Positions 24,230 to 36,700 of a stretch of 64,000 nucleotides of DNA are shown piece by piece; positions within the stretch are counted from its first letter, which is position 1, and the number at the start of each line of letters is the position of its first letter. Source of the DNA: Octopus sinensis. Its lineage: Eukaryota. The translations under genes were made by a program, and so were the position numbers. The notes under the pieces are model-generated. The model saw only the letters and a program-made list of their open reading frames with translations, was not told where the DNA came from and did not search any database. The DNA is taken from assembly GCF_006345805.1 (NCBI RefSeq), contig NC_042998.1, forward strand, positions 187,798,001 through 187,862,000, written 5' to 3'.

Positions 24230-25267
24230 TGTATATATATATATATGTATATTTATATGTATATATATATATGTATATATATATGTATATATATATATAT
24301 ATGTGTGTGTATGTGTGTGTGTGTATTTGTTTGTGTATGTATATGTATCATGTGATAGTTGTAAATGAGTGTCACTGTCATACAAGCAGTATCATTTATT
24401 TCCAAATTCCACAAAAAACATGTCTGGCTTAGAAACAGGTCAGAGTTCATGACAGGAAAGGCATCCAGCTATAGAAAATCTACCTAAGTAAACTCCATTT
24501 GACCCATACAAACATGGAAAAGTGAACATTAAAACAATGATGATGATAATATATATAAGGAAAGTCTGTATCAAGGAAGTTTTGCCTGAGGGTACAGGCA
24601 TGTAGTCCTGGTAAGTATTTGGTCAATAAACTCTGTGTTTTCTAAAGATATTTGAAGCAATGAAAAGCATGTCTGATGTTGATTATAGCAAAAGGGTATA
24701 ATAGCATGTCTTCTTTTGATGTGAGGCCTAATATTCTTTGAAATAGATTGGAAAGCAGTGTAGTGGTTAAGTGAAAAATTTGGAAACTGTGTTTGTTTTA
24801 TTTAGTAATTAGTAAAAGGAAGTGAAGGAAGGGCAGAATACAAAAGCTTTGCGAGTCCTCCATGAATGATAAGACTGATGCAGTTTGGACATCCGTCAGC
24901 TAATCACTATTGAAAAAATATGGGAAGAGGGCGGGGATTTCAAAGAGTTGCAGCTTTGGGGTGGAACCATTGAGCAAAGTATATAGAGGTTTGGATGTGA
25001 GATAAATTTGAATTGTCAAGAGATGTAAGTGCATAGTGATGGAAAGAAGCAGTCTGGATAAGAGGGAGTGAAGCTGTTGAAGTGGTACATATATGACAGA
25101 TAAAAAAATTAGGGTTTCTTTGGACTTGTTGGTGAGTATTTGTCAATCAGATACGATATTCATTTGGATGTTGGCTACGATGGTAGTGTGTGTATAACAG
25201 CATCACTACCTCAGATATGTGAGCAGGACTGTAATTGCAGTTGCACTTGAGCTTTGAAGAGGGAGAG

Positions 25268-25437
25268 AAACGTTCTGAGTTCAAATTCCGCCGAGGTCGA
25301 CTTTGCCTTTCATCCTTTCGGGGTCGATAAATTAAGTACCAGTTACACACTGGGGTAGATGTAATCGACTTAAACCCTTTGTCTGTCCTTGTTTGTCCCC
25401 TCTATGTTTAGCCCCTTGTGGGCAATAAAGAAATAAG
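25268..25437 (+). mobile_element. SINE family B, 5' truncated
   Basis: CGTTCTGAGTTCAAATTCCGCCGAGGTCGACTTTGCC...GTGGGCAATAAAGAAATAAG. Confidence 0.92.
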
Positions 25438-26305
25438 AAACTGATCAAAGATGAACTGAAGAAGCCTAGTGTCTTTGTAATGAAACTTTGAGACTTAATT
25501 CACTGCCCAATTTAGCATCACCATTCAGTCTTTGGAGACCATTAGTGGAGCTCACTCTGTTGCAAGTTTTTAGGCCAGATCTCTGGTGGGAGGATATCTT
25601 CCTCTCTTCATTCCATTTGTTTCAAATCCTCTGTAAAAATAGCATAATGAAGGCTGTTCTTTTCCTGAATATGTGAAAAAAAATGATGTTGGGGTAACCT
25701 CCACCATCACCAATACCACCTCTCTACCTGTATATTTGTATATTCATTTAATGATACACTCATTTTCAACTTTAGGAGTTCTATGCTCATAGTTTCTTTG
25801 ATAGTTATAATTTTGTTTTCTGAGAAGGTCCCAGCAAGTTTAAGAATGATATTCCTCCACTGGGAGAGAAAGAAAAATTCCTAGTATTCTGTATCATTCT
25901 ACAATCTTATATTGGAATCTTGAGAAAACAATACTTCTACCTCTTCCAATATAAACCATCATATCTATCTATCTATATATATTGCTCAATTAAATGGGGT
26001 TGCGTGAAACGATCGTACTGCATTACCTTTGGATATCCATGTTGCTTATATTGATTCTAATCACCTTATTATGAAATTATATGGATAATACCGTACTAAA
26101 TTGTGGTGCCACAACTTAAGTACCATATTCATCTGAATCTAAATCAACATTTCCTGTCGGCCTTGACACATTTCCTGGGTCCTTATGTTTACAAGGGGGA
26201 GACAAGCACATATTTCTATTTTTGTAATCAGTGGATTTATTTCACTAGAATTCTTATATGTTTACAAGGGCTAGACAGGCATCTCCAGCTAGCAAGCCAT
26301 GCTAC

Positions 26306-26348
26306 TCCAGACTGAGGACGAGCAAAGACTCAGAAACTAGTCTCTGGA
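26306..26348 (+). ncRNA. Minimal type I hammerhead ribozyme
   Basis: TCCAGA-CTGAGGA-cGAG-caaaga-CTCa-GAAA-CTAG-TC-TCTGGA. 6-bp stem I, full CUGANGA and GAAA boxes, palindromic stem III (ACTAGT), GUC triplet with predicted cleavage after 26342. One C-A mismatch at the base of stem II. Confidence 0.8.
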
Positions 26349-26917
26349 CGCAGGCTTAGCTGGGTGGAGGTGCTTGTCTCCCCTTGTAAACATAAGGACA
26401 CAAGAAATGTGTCAAGGCCAACAGAAAGCGTTGCTGCTTCCTAGGGCTAAATAGCAGTGCTGTGATTCCCTTCATGGGACTGTCACATTAAGTTGACAGT
26501 ATACAACTACTCTATCGTACCACTACTGCTTATATATCTCTGAGATATTTAGAAATGTAATATTTCTATCTATCTATCTATCTATCTATATATATATATA
26601 TACATACACACACATACATGTACACATACATATATATATACATATTTATACATGCATATACATATATAAACATATGCATATATATATACACATACATATA
26701 TATACACACACACATACATATATACATACTTATATACATACATATATACATACATGATGGCCATCCACCCGTGACTAAGGAAGACCATTGCTGACCTTCA
26801 GGAACATTGTGCACTCTTATATTTTGCCGTGTACCGTGCATGTGAGACATGAACCCTTTACAAACGTCATATATACATACATCCATATATACACATACAT
26901 ACATATATATTATATAT

Positions 26918-27980
26918 AGTAAAAGTGGTGGATGCTCTGAGAGTATAGCTGCTAGAATAAGAATAGCCTGGACAAAGTTCAGGGTGCTCCTACCTCTGCT
27001 GGTAACAAAGAGTCTCTTGCTCAGAGTGAAAGGTAGACTGTATGATGCCTGTGTGCGAACAGCCATGCTACACAGCAGTAAAACATGGGCCGTGACTGTT
27101 GAGGACATGCGTAAACTTGAAAGAAATTAAGCTAGTATGCTCCGCTGGAGTGTAATGTCAGTGTGCATACACAGCAGAGTGTAAGCATCCTGAGAGAAAA
27201 GTTAGACCTAATAAACATCAGATGTGGTGTTGGTATAGTCATGTGATGCATATGGATGAGGACAGTTGTGTGAAAAAGTGTGACACCCTAATAGTGGAGG
27301 GAACCTGTGGAAGAGGTGGACCCAGGAAGACATGGTATGAGGTAGTGAAGCACGACCTTCGAACGTTGGACCTCACAGAAGCAATGAACGAGACTTCTGG
27401 AGACATGCTGTGCTTGAGAAGACCTGGCGAGCCAAGTGAGACCATAGCCGTGGCCAATGCCAGATGTCTCATTTAAAAGTATTCTTTGATCATCGGGTAA
27501 TATGCCGTGCTTGTGAAGACCTGTTGAATAAAGTGAAATTGGAGTTGTGGCTGATGCCAGTGATGTGCTGGTAGCATGTAAAAAGTACCATTCAAGTGTT
27601 GCTGATGCCAGTACCGCCTGACTGGCTCCCGTGCCGGTGGCACATAAAAAGCACCACTCGAGCGTGGCCGATGCCGGTGACACATAAAAAGCACCATTCG
27701 AGCGTGGCCGATGCTAGTGTTGCCTGAATCGCACCCGTGCCGGTGGCACGTAAAACGCACCATTCGATAGTGGTCGACGCCAGTGCCGCTTGTCTCCCGT
27801 GCCGGTGACACGTCCCAAAACACTCTCGGAGTGGTTGGCGTTAGGAAGGGCATCCAGCTATAGAAACCTTGCCAAATCGGACTGGAGCCTGGTGCACCCT
27901 CCCGTCTTGCCAGTCCTCAGTCAAACCGTCCAACCCATGCCAGCATGGAAAGCAGATGTTAAACGACGACGACGATGATA
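26918..27980 (+). mobile_element. RTE-clade LINE 3' portion with repeat-containing 3' UTR
   Basis: GGCSESIAARIRIAWTKFR...KGRLYDACVRTAMLH...WYSHVMHMDEDSCVKKC...GRGGPRKTW. Tandem GCCGGTG.CAC.TAAAA.GCACCA units follow, then a GTTAAACGACGACGACGATGAT tail. Confidence 0.95.
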
Positions 27981-28499
27981 ATATACAGCCTTAATTGAAG
28001 GGAGAATATTTCATGATCAAATAAGTTGTATACAAAATAATTAAAAATTACTTGTATTTTAATTTAATTTTATGCAAGAGTTACTTTTATTCAAATAAAC
28101 TTCGAGTAAACAACAGCTGGAAAAGAAATGCTAAATTATTTTGTCTTTGTTCAATATTTACTACTACTACTACTACTACTACTACAAGTAGTAGTACTAG
28201 TAGTAACAATAACAACAATATGGTTGATAAGGTTTTTATTTACAAAGTAGATATTTTGTTTACATATATTTACTACATCCGAAACACTGCAATATTCACA
28301 GTAAAAAAAACTGCATCCCGATTTGAACCCATTATCCACGGTCGATCAGTTGGGTTTGTCATTTACTCAGCCGTAATGATTTTAAATATTTTTTTTTCGC
28401 ACGAAAAGTTGTGGAGACGGCCGAGACTAAAGTATTATTGGACGTAGGATCGTTGAAGTAAATTACTTGCTACATACACTGTGGGGGCGAATTCAGTCT

Positions 28500-29700
28500 A
28501 CTGTACCTACCTCTACGAAAACTGACCTTGGGCCTAGTTCAAAGAAATCGATAATAGCAAGCATTAGAAAGGAAGGAGAAAGTTGTGATGTTTATTCATT
28601 TCCTACCAGGGTTTATGATGTAAGTGGAGTAAAACGTCTTAAGGGTTGAAAGTGAATCGCAGATTTTTTTTACTAGCTAGAAGTTATCGTTTCCAGGGTT
28701 GGCTTCTCTGCCTCGTTAAATATTCGTAAAAACATTGAAAATAATCTAGCACCATTTTGATGGGAGAGAACCCTTTACGGACTTCTATAGTAATGGCTCC
28801 TTGCTTGTCACTCACAGTAGACGACTAATTTAAGAAAAGATATATGGCCTTATAAAGACGACACTGTTCACGACAGTTGATAGTTGACATGTATGTACAC
28901 TAAGTTTCTGGTCGTGTAGCCGTGTGTCCTTAATATACAGTACAGACCATGTGTAAGTCAGAATGAGAAAGAAAGCGAAGCAGTGCGAGAGAGTGAAAGA
29001 GAAAGAAAGAGAGAGAGAGAGTGAAAGAGAAAGAAAGAGAGAGAGAGAGGCAGCATGTTTTAGAGTTGTAGTAAGTGCTACGTAATCTTTCCCCCTCCTC
29101 CTTTACCGCGCAGTGTCAAACCAACTGTGCCGTGAAAAACTTACTACACTTTTCCCCTTGATTTGTTCACTGTGAGTTCCTACTATTTTATTCAACATCT
29201 CAAGCACAGCAAGGTTTGTAAGGATACAAATTTTTTTTGTCCTAATTATACCCACATATTCACACGCACAGACATATGTTTTTGTTTTGTCATTTTCGAA
29301 AATTACTTCATTCTTACTAACTTGTTGAATATTCTGAAAAAAAAAAAAATTCTCTTCCTTTTATGTTTGTTCTTTCGATTATTTTGAAATCGTTGCTTTT
29401 AACATAGATAGATATTAATTGAAAGTTATATTTTTTCCTCGACAAACTAACTTTTCGTATTGTTTAGTAGTTTTCCAGCGCTACTTTTACAGCAAGTTAG
29501 GAAAAAAAACTATTTATAACTTTGTTCAGTGAGTGTCATTATTGATATAGTTTTATTGGTAAATTTTTATCATTACACCCACCTCACTTTGAAGTCTTAT
29601 GAACAACTGATAAAAAAAAAAAACCCAGAAAAATAACAAACTAACAAACAAACAAAAACCACTAGGTATACTTTGAAACGATTTTAAATCCAGGTAGGAA
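28500..29700. promoter_or_regulatory. Candidate promoter / first-exon region (possibly bidirectional)
   Basis: TE-free and CpG-retaining, with a GA tract at 28980-29050. Outward-facing donor-like sites: minus GAG|GTAGGT at 28511/28510; plus CT|GTGAGT 29172, AAG|GTTTGT 29214, CAG|GTAGGA 29694. Inference only. Confidence 0.3.
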
Positions 29701-31713
29701 GTTACATATCTTGACAAAAGGTATGAATGGGGGGCAATTTTTGGACAGGTGTCTGCATTAGCTCCCCACCTCCAATATCCTACTTAATTGTCCCAACTCA
29801 ACTAACTCCTCCGCTGTTTGTTTCTAGCATCTGTTAATTTCTTTAACTTCGTGTATCCTAACTTTAATTTATACTAGAACTCTAAAGATTGGTGGCCGTG
29901 TTTGTACTTTTAGTGCTGAGGGACGGAAATTAAGAATTTATTTAATTCAGATTTGGGAGAATATTTCTTAAATATATTTCTCATTCATATTCTCTAAGTT
30001 AAGCTAGAAAACCGAAGAGGTTTATCAAGTACAGGCCCCCTCTGTACACACGCACACACGTGTAAAATACTTAATCATCTGTATACTGGATATCTTCCTC
30101 CGCCCTCATTCTATATTTGTATTTTTCACTTTCGCATTAAATTACTCTTATATGATCACGCACACACACAATGATGTGTGCATTTCACGCATGTAAACAT
30201 TCTAGCCTGTGGTTTAATCATCCAAGTTAGCTCGTATATTCTGTTATTAAAATAGATACCGTATTTTTTATAGACCAGTTTTTGCGGACGAAATTTTGGT
30301 GCGTTGTCAAGTAAAATATACAAAAGTCCATATTTAATAATTTTAAATGAAGTATGAATTACAAGTCATTAATTAAAACTCTAAATTAAACCCTAATCCC
30401 AGAATCCTACACGCATAAGGAAGCTTGATTTAATTATAATGCTTTGTATATAGAAAAGGGTTTCTTTAATTCGATTTTTCGGTTTCATAAAAGAAATAGA
30501 ATTTGTTATTCCGGACCCAGTACTTGACTGGTGCTTTATTTTGTCGCTCCCGGGAAGGTGAAGGCTAAGATGAATTTGTTGAGGTTTGAACTCAGTATGC
30601 AGAGAGCCAAAAAAATATCGCAAGCATTTTTATCCAACGTTCTATATCAATAAATTGTTGGTTTCGCAGCGGCAAACTTCTGAGATTAGCTGACTGTTTT
30701 GGTATCCTCTTACACTTTCTTTTAGTTGATGGATAGGTTTTGCGAGTAAATCAAAGTTAAATGGTCAGTTTTATAAATGGAATTCACTATATGTAAATTG
30801 TGTTTTTTGCCACTATATAAAAAGCGATGGTATGTAACGAGATAATTAGAATACTTCTGGTTTCAGCATAGGTCTAATGTTTTTTAAACTAAAGAAAACT
30901 TGGTCCTCAGTTTTATTTATTTATTTTTACTCGAGTTTATATGATCAGGTGGGAAGAATGTTTATATTCGTGATCTGTTATGCGTTTAAATGGATTGTAT
31001 GCGTATGATTAATTCCTATATAAAAAAATAAATAAAGAACGTTTGACATATGGGAGTATAGGTACCTCTGACCTTCTGACAGATATGGATATCGCTTTGA
31101 CGATGACCCGAAACAAAAAGGGTTGATGAATTCTGGTGACCGTTCTTTACGAAAGGAAACGGTCAAGGAGTGAGATCATTCCTTTGTACAGTGTATTTGG
31201 GTGTTGACATGTATAGTTCTTTGGTGTGGTATTGAGAACGTCTATTGAAAGAAATATAAAAGTTTATATATTAGACATACAATAATATACCTGCTGCATT
31301 CAACCGACCTATTAACCAAAAAAAAAAAAATAACAAAACAAAAAAACTTCTTACTACGATTACTACTACTATTATTACTAGTTTGTACCACATACCAGGC
31401 CACAAATTTGGGTGTATTAAATCGATACCAGTATTTGACCGGTCCTTCATTGATTCATGAAGTTCAAAGTGGAATTTGAACTCCACGTATAAGGCTACAG
31501 TAAATACTGCAAGACCTTTTTCTCCTACGCACTAATAGTTCTACAGATTTACTGGTCTTAGTGGTTTCTAAAATAGACAGAAGGCCCAAGATTCGGGGAA
31601 AGTACTTTCTCAAGTAAATTGACCCCAGTATTTAACTGGTACCTTATTCTCTAACGGCCTCGTAGAAATGAGAGGTAAAGTTAACCTCGGTGGTATAAAT
31701 CCCGGTGGTGTAA

Positions 31714-31930
31714 GGCGGCGAGCTGGCAGAATCGTTAGGACGGTGGGCGAAATGCTTAGCGGTATTTCGTCTGCCATTACGTTGTGAGTTCAAATCCCGC
31801 CGAGGTCGACTTTGCCTTTCATCCTTTCGGGGTCGATGAATTAAGTACCAGTTACACACTGGGGTCGATGTAATCGACTTAATATCTATGTCTGTCCTTG
31901 TTTAGCCCCTTGTGGGTAATAAAGAAATAG
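31714..31930 (+). mobile_element. SINE family B, full length, with 13-bp target-site duplication
   Basis: GGCGGCGAGCTGGCAGAATCGTTAG...GAGTTCAAATCCCGCC. GGTATAAATCCCG occurs at 31692-31704 and 31930-31942. Inserted into an older antisense B copy. Confidence 0.93.
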
Positions 31931-32139
31931 GTATAAATCCCGCAAGATATTTTATTCAACTCGCTAATTTGGTTTAGTAATCTATTTACAATAGCTAAGT
32001 GCTATAGTTAATCATTAGCGATTAACCTCAACGCAGTTTACAGTAGAAAGTACCATAAATTTCTGCGTACAAGTGGACACTTTGAAGCCTGAAAAAAAAT
32101 CTCTCTATGACTAGGGTCCAGCATATTCGACAAGAATAA

Positions 32140-32480
32140 AAAGCGAGTCTTTAAACCAGTGGAATATCACTTTTAATCTCTTGCTTGTCCTAAATGTCCA
32201 TGATTGCGTCCAGAATTTTAATCATTCCTTGTTTCATACGTTCTGAGTAATTTAAAACTTTCCTTTCATCAGTCCCAAATTATTCTGGTGTTTGAAAAGA
32301 AAATTGGGAATGGGTATTATATTTGACTCATGAACATCAAGGAAATATGTCCCGCTGTACACCACTTACCATATTCAAGCAGACGGCCGCACGTATATTT
32401 GAAACTGAAATTCGTCTTTGGTGAACATTTTAAACATATATTAACGCAACCATCCGCCAAGGCAACACTAGCGTCCAGAT
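32140..32480 (-). mobile_element. Decayed CR1-group LINE C-terminal fragment
   Basis: Minus strand near 32400-32365 reads YVRP.LLEYG across a frameshift, typical of the post-RT region. Confidence 0.45.
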
Positions 32481-32989
32481 TTTTTTAAATACCTATAATG
32501 GGCCAAACATAGATGGGACATTTCAAAACAATACAGGACACATAATCGGGGGAAAAAATACAAAGAAATCGAGTGAAGTAGAAAAATTAAAAAGAACGAA
32601 TGAAAATGATAAGATGAGTCGCAATGACCCCGAAGTCGAGTGGGTTACATTTAGACGTTATTTTTTGAACAGTTTTTTTTCCCTTTTAAAAGTTCACATC
32701 TTCATTTTTAAATGTTCATATTCTGCAATATTTAAAAATTTTCCAAGTCTTTATGTTGAATTATGGGTGGTAGGGTATCAAACCCCACGAAGCCCGCCAA
32801 TTGAAATTATATACTTTGCATGTTTTTATAAACGTATTGTATCTGTCTTCGTTCAATGATACACTTGTCCATCCGTGAAATCCTCCCTGAGTAGTTTCAC
32901 CCTTATTAAACCCTTTCACTTGGAAATCCTCTATTCCACATCCACATTCTTACTGTAGTAAACTACAAATGCCTTATTTTTCAAAACCT

Positions 32990-34030
32990 GCTCTTCAGTC
33001 CCTTCTACTGATTCCTGCTCCTTTGGTTCTGTTTCTATCGTCTTTGGGTGTCTTATCCGGTTCTGGTGCTGGTCCTTCAGAGTCTTCCCCTGTTGTCACC
33101 CCCCTCCTTCCCCTGGGGCCGATAAACCCGTCGCCCTCGCTCTGCCCTTCTCCGACTGCACCCCTGGTGCACCTCATACCACCCTTGCTGCCTCCGTCCG
33201 TCACTGTCACTTGGTACTCCGGTCCCAACTGCCTCCTGTTCCCCTCCACAGCCCTCTCACCCCGAGGAGGTCCGCGCCCAGGGCACTGCACCCTCATGCG
33301 GCCTCCCACTCCACACTCACAGTAACCTGGTCCTCACCCCTCAACCACCCCCAAGGGAACCCTCTCTCGGAATCTCCATCTGGCAGGGGACCCCTTCGAT
33401 GTCCTTGAAAGCGGCAAAAATCCACATCTCGACACCACACTTCACCGGCTCAACTTGATCGCCCCTCCCACCGACACCACTTCGGGACTCTCCTCGGTGG
33501 CAACCACAACAGCTTCCACCAACTACTCTGGCTTCAGTTCCGGCGGCACCCCTCTAACGCGAATTCGTACATCTTGCCCGCTCCTGCATGTGGGCAACAG
33601 CGTCACCCCTTCACTACGCAAAACAGCGGTGGAATGCGAGGCAGCCCACTCCCCGGTGGAAAACCTCACCTCCACCGCACCACATTTCCTTCCTCGGCTA
33701 ACGAAAGCTGCCGCTTTCAAAAGGGATCCCGAACATACCTCCACGCCATCCTCCGACAGGATCTCAATCCTACTAGTGGCGACCCATCGCAGCGGCCCAT
33801 GCGGAGCTCTCACCGCCTTCCACGTTGAAAAACGAACCCCTCAGCCCCATAATGGGAAGAAAACTGCAAAAACACTCACACGCGAGTCGCCCAACGACAA
33901 TCTTCGACGGTGATACACAACACCTCAACAACGGACAGCCTCGAAGAGAAAGCCCTCAGCATGCTACAACAATCTAAAACCGTGGTCAAGAACAAACAAA
34001 CAGGTTGTTAGTCTGCAACACCAACGCCCT
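32990..34030 (-). mobile_element. Decayed LINE ORF1 (gag-like, L1/Tx1-type)
   Basis: GC-rich island. Minus frames give VRIRVRGVPPEL and a degenerate CCHC knuckle (Y)CECGVGG(R)MRVQC, followed by a basic low-complexity tail. Confidence 0.55.
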
Positions 34031-34099
34031 CTCAAGGATTAGCCAGAGATGAGTTTTAAAATAAGAATATCTGAAATAAACTCGACTGCTCTCACAAAC

Positions 34100-34368
34100 G
34101 AGAATACTAAAAATGAACCCGATCGCTCTCAAATATTTAGTAAAAAACAAAAAAAAAAAAACAACAACAAAAAACTGGAAAATAATCCAGAATCCTTGAC
34201 CGGTACCAGATCGATTCCAAAATCTAAGCAGTTCGTGTCAGTCATGAGGCCAAACATCCCTGAAAGTTTCATCCGAATCCATCTTGAGGTTCTTGAGATA
34301 TCTTGCCCACGGACAAACAAACACGTCTGAAAACAATACATCCACCTTCGCTAAGGCGGAGGTAATAA
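34100..34368. mobile_element. Helentron-associated (HINE/DINE-like) non-autonomous element
   Basis: AAGTTTCATCCGAATCC...ACAAACAAACAC..GAAAACAATA, then terminal hairpin TACATCCACCTT-CGCT-AAGGCGGAGGTA. Confidence 0.6.
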
Positions 34369-35239
34369 TAGATAGTACTTTAAATTCAGTATTAACGCTA
34401 TAGTATACGCAGTTTCCGTCCAGGTTTAGGCTTACTTACTGTATGCTTGGGTGTCAACCTCTGCGTTAGGTAAGTCCAACCCAGAAATTTGAGCTAAATG
34501 TCGTGAGGTCGATGAACATGCCAGCTCGAATTGTACGCCGCAATTTACAGTATTATTGCCCCTCTCTGCCTTTTCTGTTACTGCTGCGGAAGTGATCGGT
34601 CTCGTATTCAGGCGTATCCATTCAGACACCTCAACTCGTCTCTATATCTTGTCACTCGTATTATCCCACTTAGCTATGTCCAGTTCCTCATTCTCGAAAT
34701 GTCGACCTTCTGCGCGTATTTCTTGCAGCCTTGGACTTAGGTTTCTCCAATTAAGAGGAACAAGCACCGCATCATCTTACTGGCTTCCTCAGAGTTCCCA
34801 AGACGATGGATAAAGCTCTTCCTTCCAGGTTCAGCCAAACATTTATCTACTCCGGCTGTCTATAAGTATATCTTCCTTATGCAATCAAAGGAAATATGTG
34901 AATCTAACAATATCCAAGGACAAGGTCATTGACAAAAAGAGGCGAAGGAATAAATGCATTGTAATGTCGAATTTTTACGTTCTAATATCGACTTTGCTTT
35001 TCATCCTGTGAGGTCGATAAAATACCAGTTATTGTTTGACCTTTGATCAGCTCTGATCGAGCTTCTATGATAAAAAACAAACTTATTTTCAATTGTTGTG
35101 ACTACATTATTCAGAGGTATCTTTCTCTTTAAGACGTTAGAATGTAAATTGATGAAAATTTGGCAATTGTTTTTAGTAGGTCGAGTGATTGCACAAAGAT
35201 CTTTAAATTGATTGTATCTCACAAATAATTGTAATCTTA

Positions 35240-35834
35240 GGTTAACATGCAGTTTACTGACGAAAATACTAAAAGTAAATTGTCCTTAAAAATGACAGTA
35301 AATTGTGGGAAAAACCAGATGTGATTTCAGTGACTTATCACAGTTTCATAAAAACCCATTCGTATCTTTTGGGTGGACTTTGTATGTAGGTCTCTGCAAC
35401 TTCTTTACTCATAAGTTGTCAACCATTCATTCAATTTTGTTAATCCAAACGATGACAGCATCTACACGCAGACTATAGAAGGACGATAAATGCTCGCCAA
35501 GAAGAAACTTAGGCAACAATGTGGGAATAGTGATGATCTATTTACATCTTATTTTCATGAGTATGTGTGGCGAAATAAATTTAGAAAAGTTACTACGAAT
35601 TATATTTCATGCATTGAGCACTGTTGTTTTCACGTAAACGTGATTGTTTTTTGTCTTATATAAAACATATATATGGTTTTCATGTTAAATTAAATATATG
35701 TACGTCACGTACAATGTTTACATTAAATTACGGGATGTCACTATCATCACTTCCGGTTTCTATCGCAGTTTACTTTCATTTTCTTAAGGACACTGTACTT
35801 CCATTGTTTTACAAAGTGAAGCTGTTTGTTAACC
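35240..35834 (+). mobile_element. Merlin (IS1016-like) DNA transposon, internally deleted
   Basis: ~85-bp degenerate TIRs starting GGTTAACA and ending TGTTAACC. 9-bp imperfect TSD GTAATCTTA/GTAGTCTTG. Interior reads VVNHSFNFVNPNDDSIYTQTIEGR*MLAKKKLR...SYFHEYVWR, the ISXO2/Merlin transposase C-terminus. Confidence 0.85.
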
Positions 35835-35999
35835 GTAGTCTTGCAATGGTAGAAATCAATATCTGATAAAAGAAGTTTTTTTTCCAAAGAAAAATAGATT
35901 CATACATTTCCTGAACTGGGTAACTCAAAGGATCCACGTAATTTTTTATGCTGGGTTTCAGAATATATCATGATCTTCTTTAGATGCCTTTATTCTTAT

Positions 36000-36700
36000 T
36001 AGCAAAATCGCAACCAATCGCTTTTCTTTTTACAGTTGGTACTCCAATCCTTAAGATGTACTAACATTCCATATTTTGTCCAGAAGAAAATCTGACCTGT
36101 ATAGCTTTTCTTAAGCTGAATAATCTTCAGTCTCTGTATTGTATCGTCCTGTCTCTTATCACTGGTCTTCTAGTCGGTTTGAACTTTATTATTGAACCTA
36201 CACATGCTTTGCAAACAACCTTACTGTTTTTCTCTCTGGGTCCTATGCTATTCTAAATATTCAAGCCTCTTAACCACGCCTGTCGTATTAATAACTCTCC
36301 AACCCGAATTGGTAATGTTTGTTTGTTTACGACGTTTTGTCTATACATCAACAAGAAGTAGTGTGTCTCCCGTTCTTTTGCATAGCTTTTATTTAATCGT
36401 TGCTAACTGTTTAATATCATCTGAAGATGTTTACAAATATCAACAGCATTGCTTTGATCTATTTCTTGTTTGATGCATGCTTTATCGAATAAGAAAGCTG
36501 GCTAAAGTTAACTCACCTGTTATGGATTTCTCCTATGCAGTTTTGTCCCGTGTATGTAACTTTTGCTGGCAGCAGATGCCATTATTATGGCCGATCGATT
36601 TATCTTTATGACTTTCTGCTTCGATTTCCATTTAGAGGGTATACATCAGATGTCATATGCTTTAGTTTTCGTTTTTGTATTCCCCTACCTACTTTCCAGT
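36000..36700 (-). mobile_element. Possible heavily decayed Gypsy-type integrase remnant
   Basis: Minus strand FLLMYR...GELLIR...LR loosely matches the FLLxYRxTP...PAELLxGRxLR motif; otherwise eroded. Confidence 0.25.

Larger units (their letters stand above)
23150..24548 (+). mobile_element. Old SINE family A head (23150-23300) plus RTE-type tail (24340-24548), hosting the SINE C pair
   Basis: Degenerate head and CORE, then (TA)n, then GACAGGAAAGGCATCCAGCTATAGAAAAT...(GAT)n. Confidence 0.65.
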
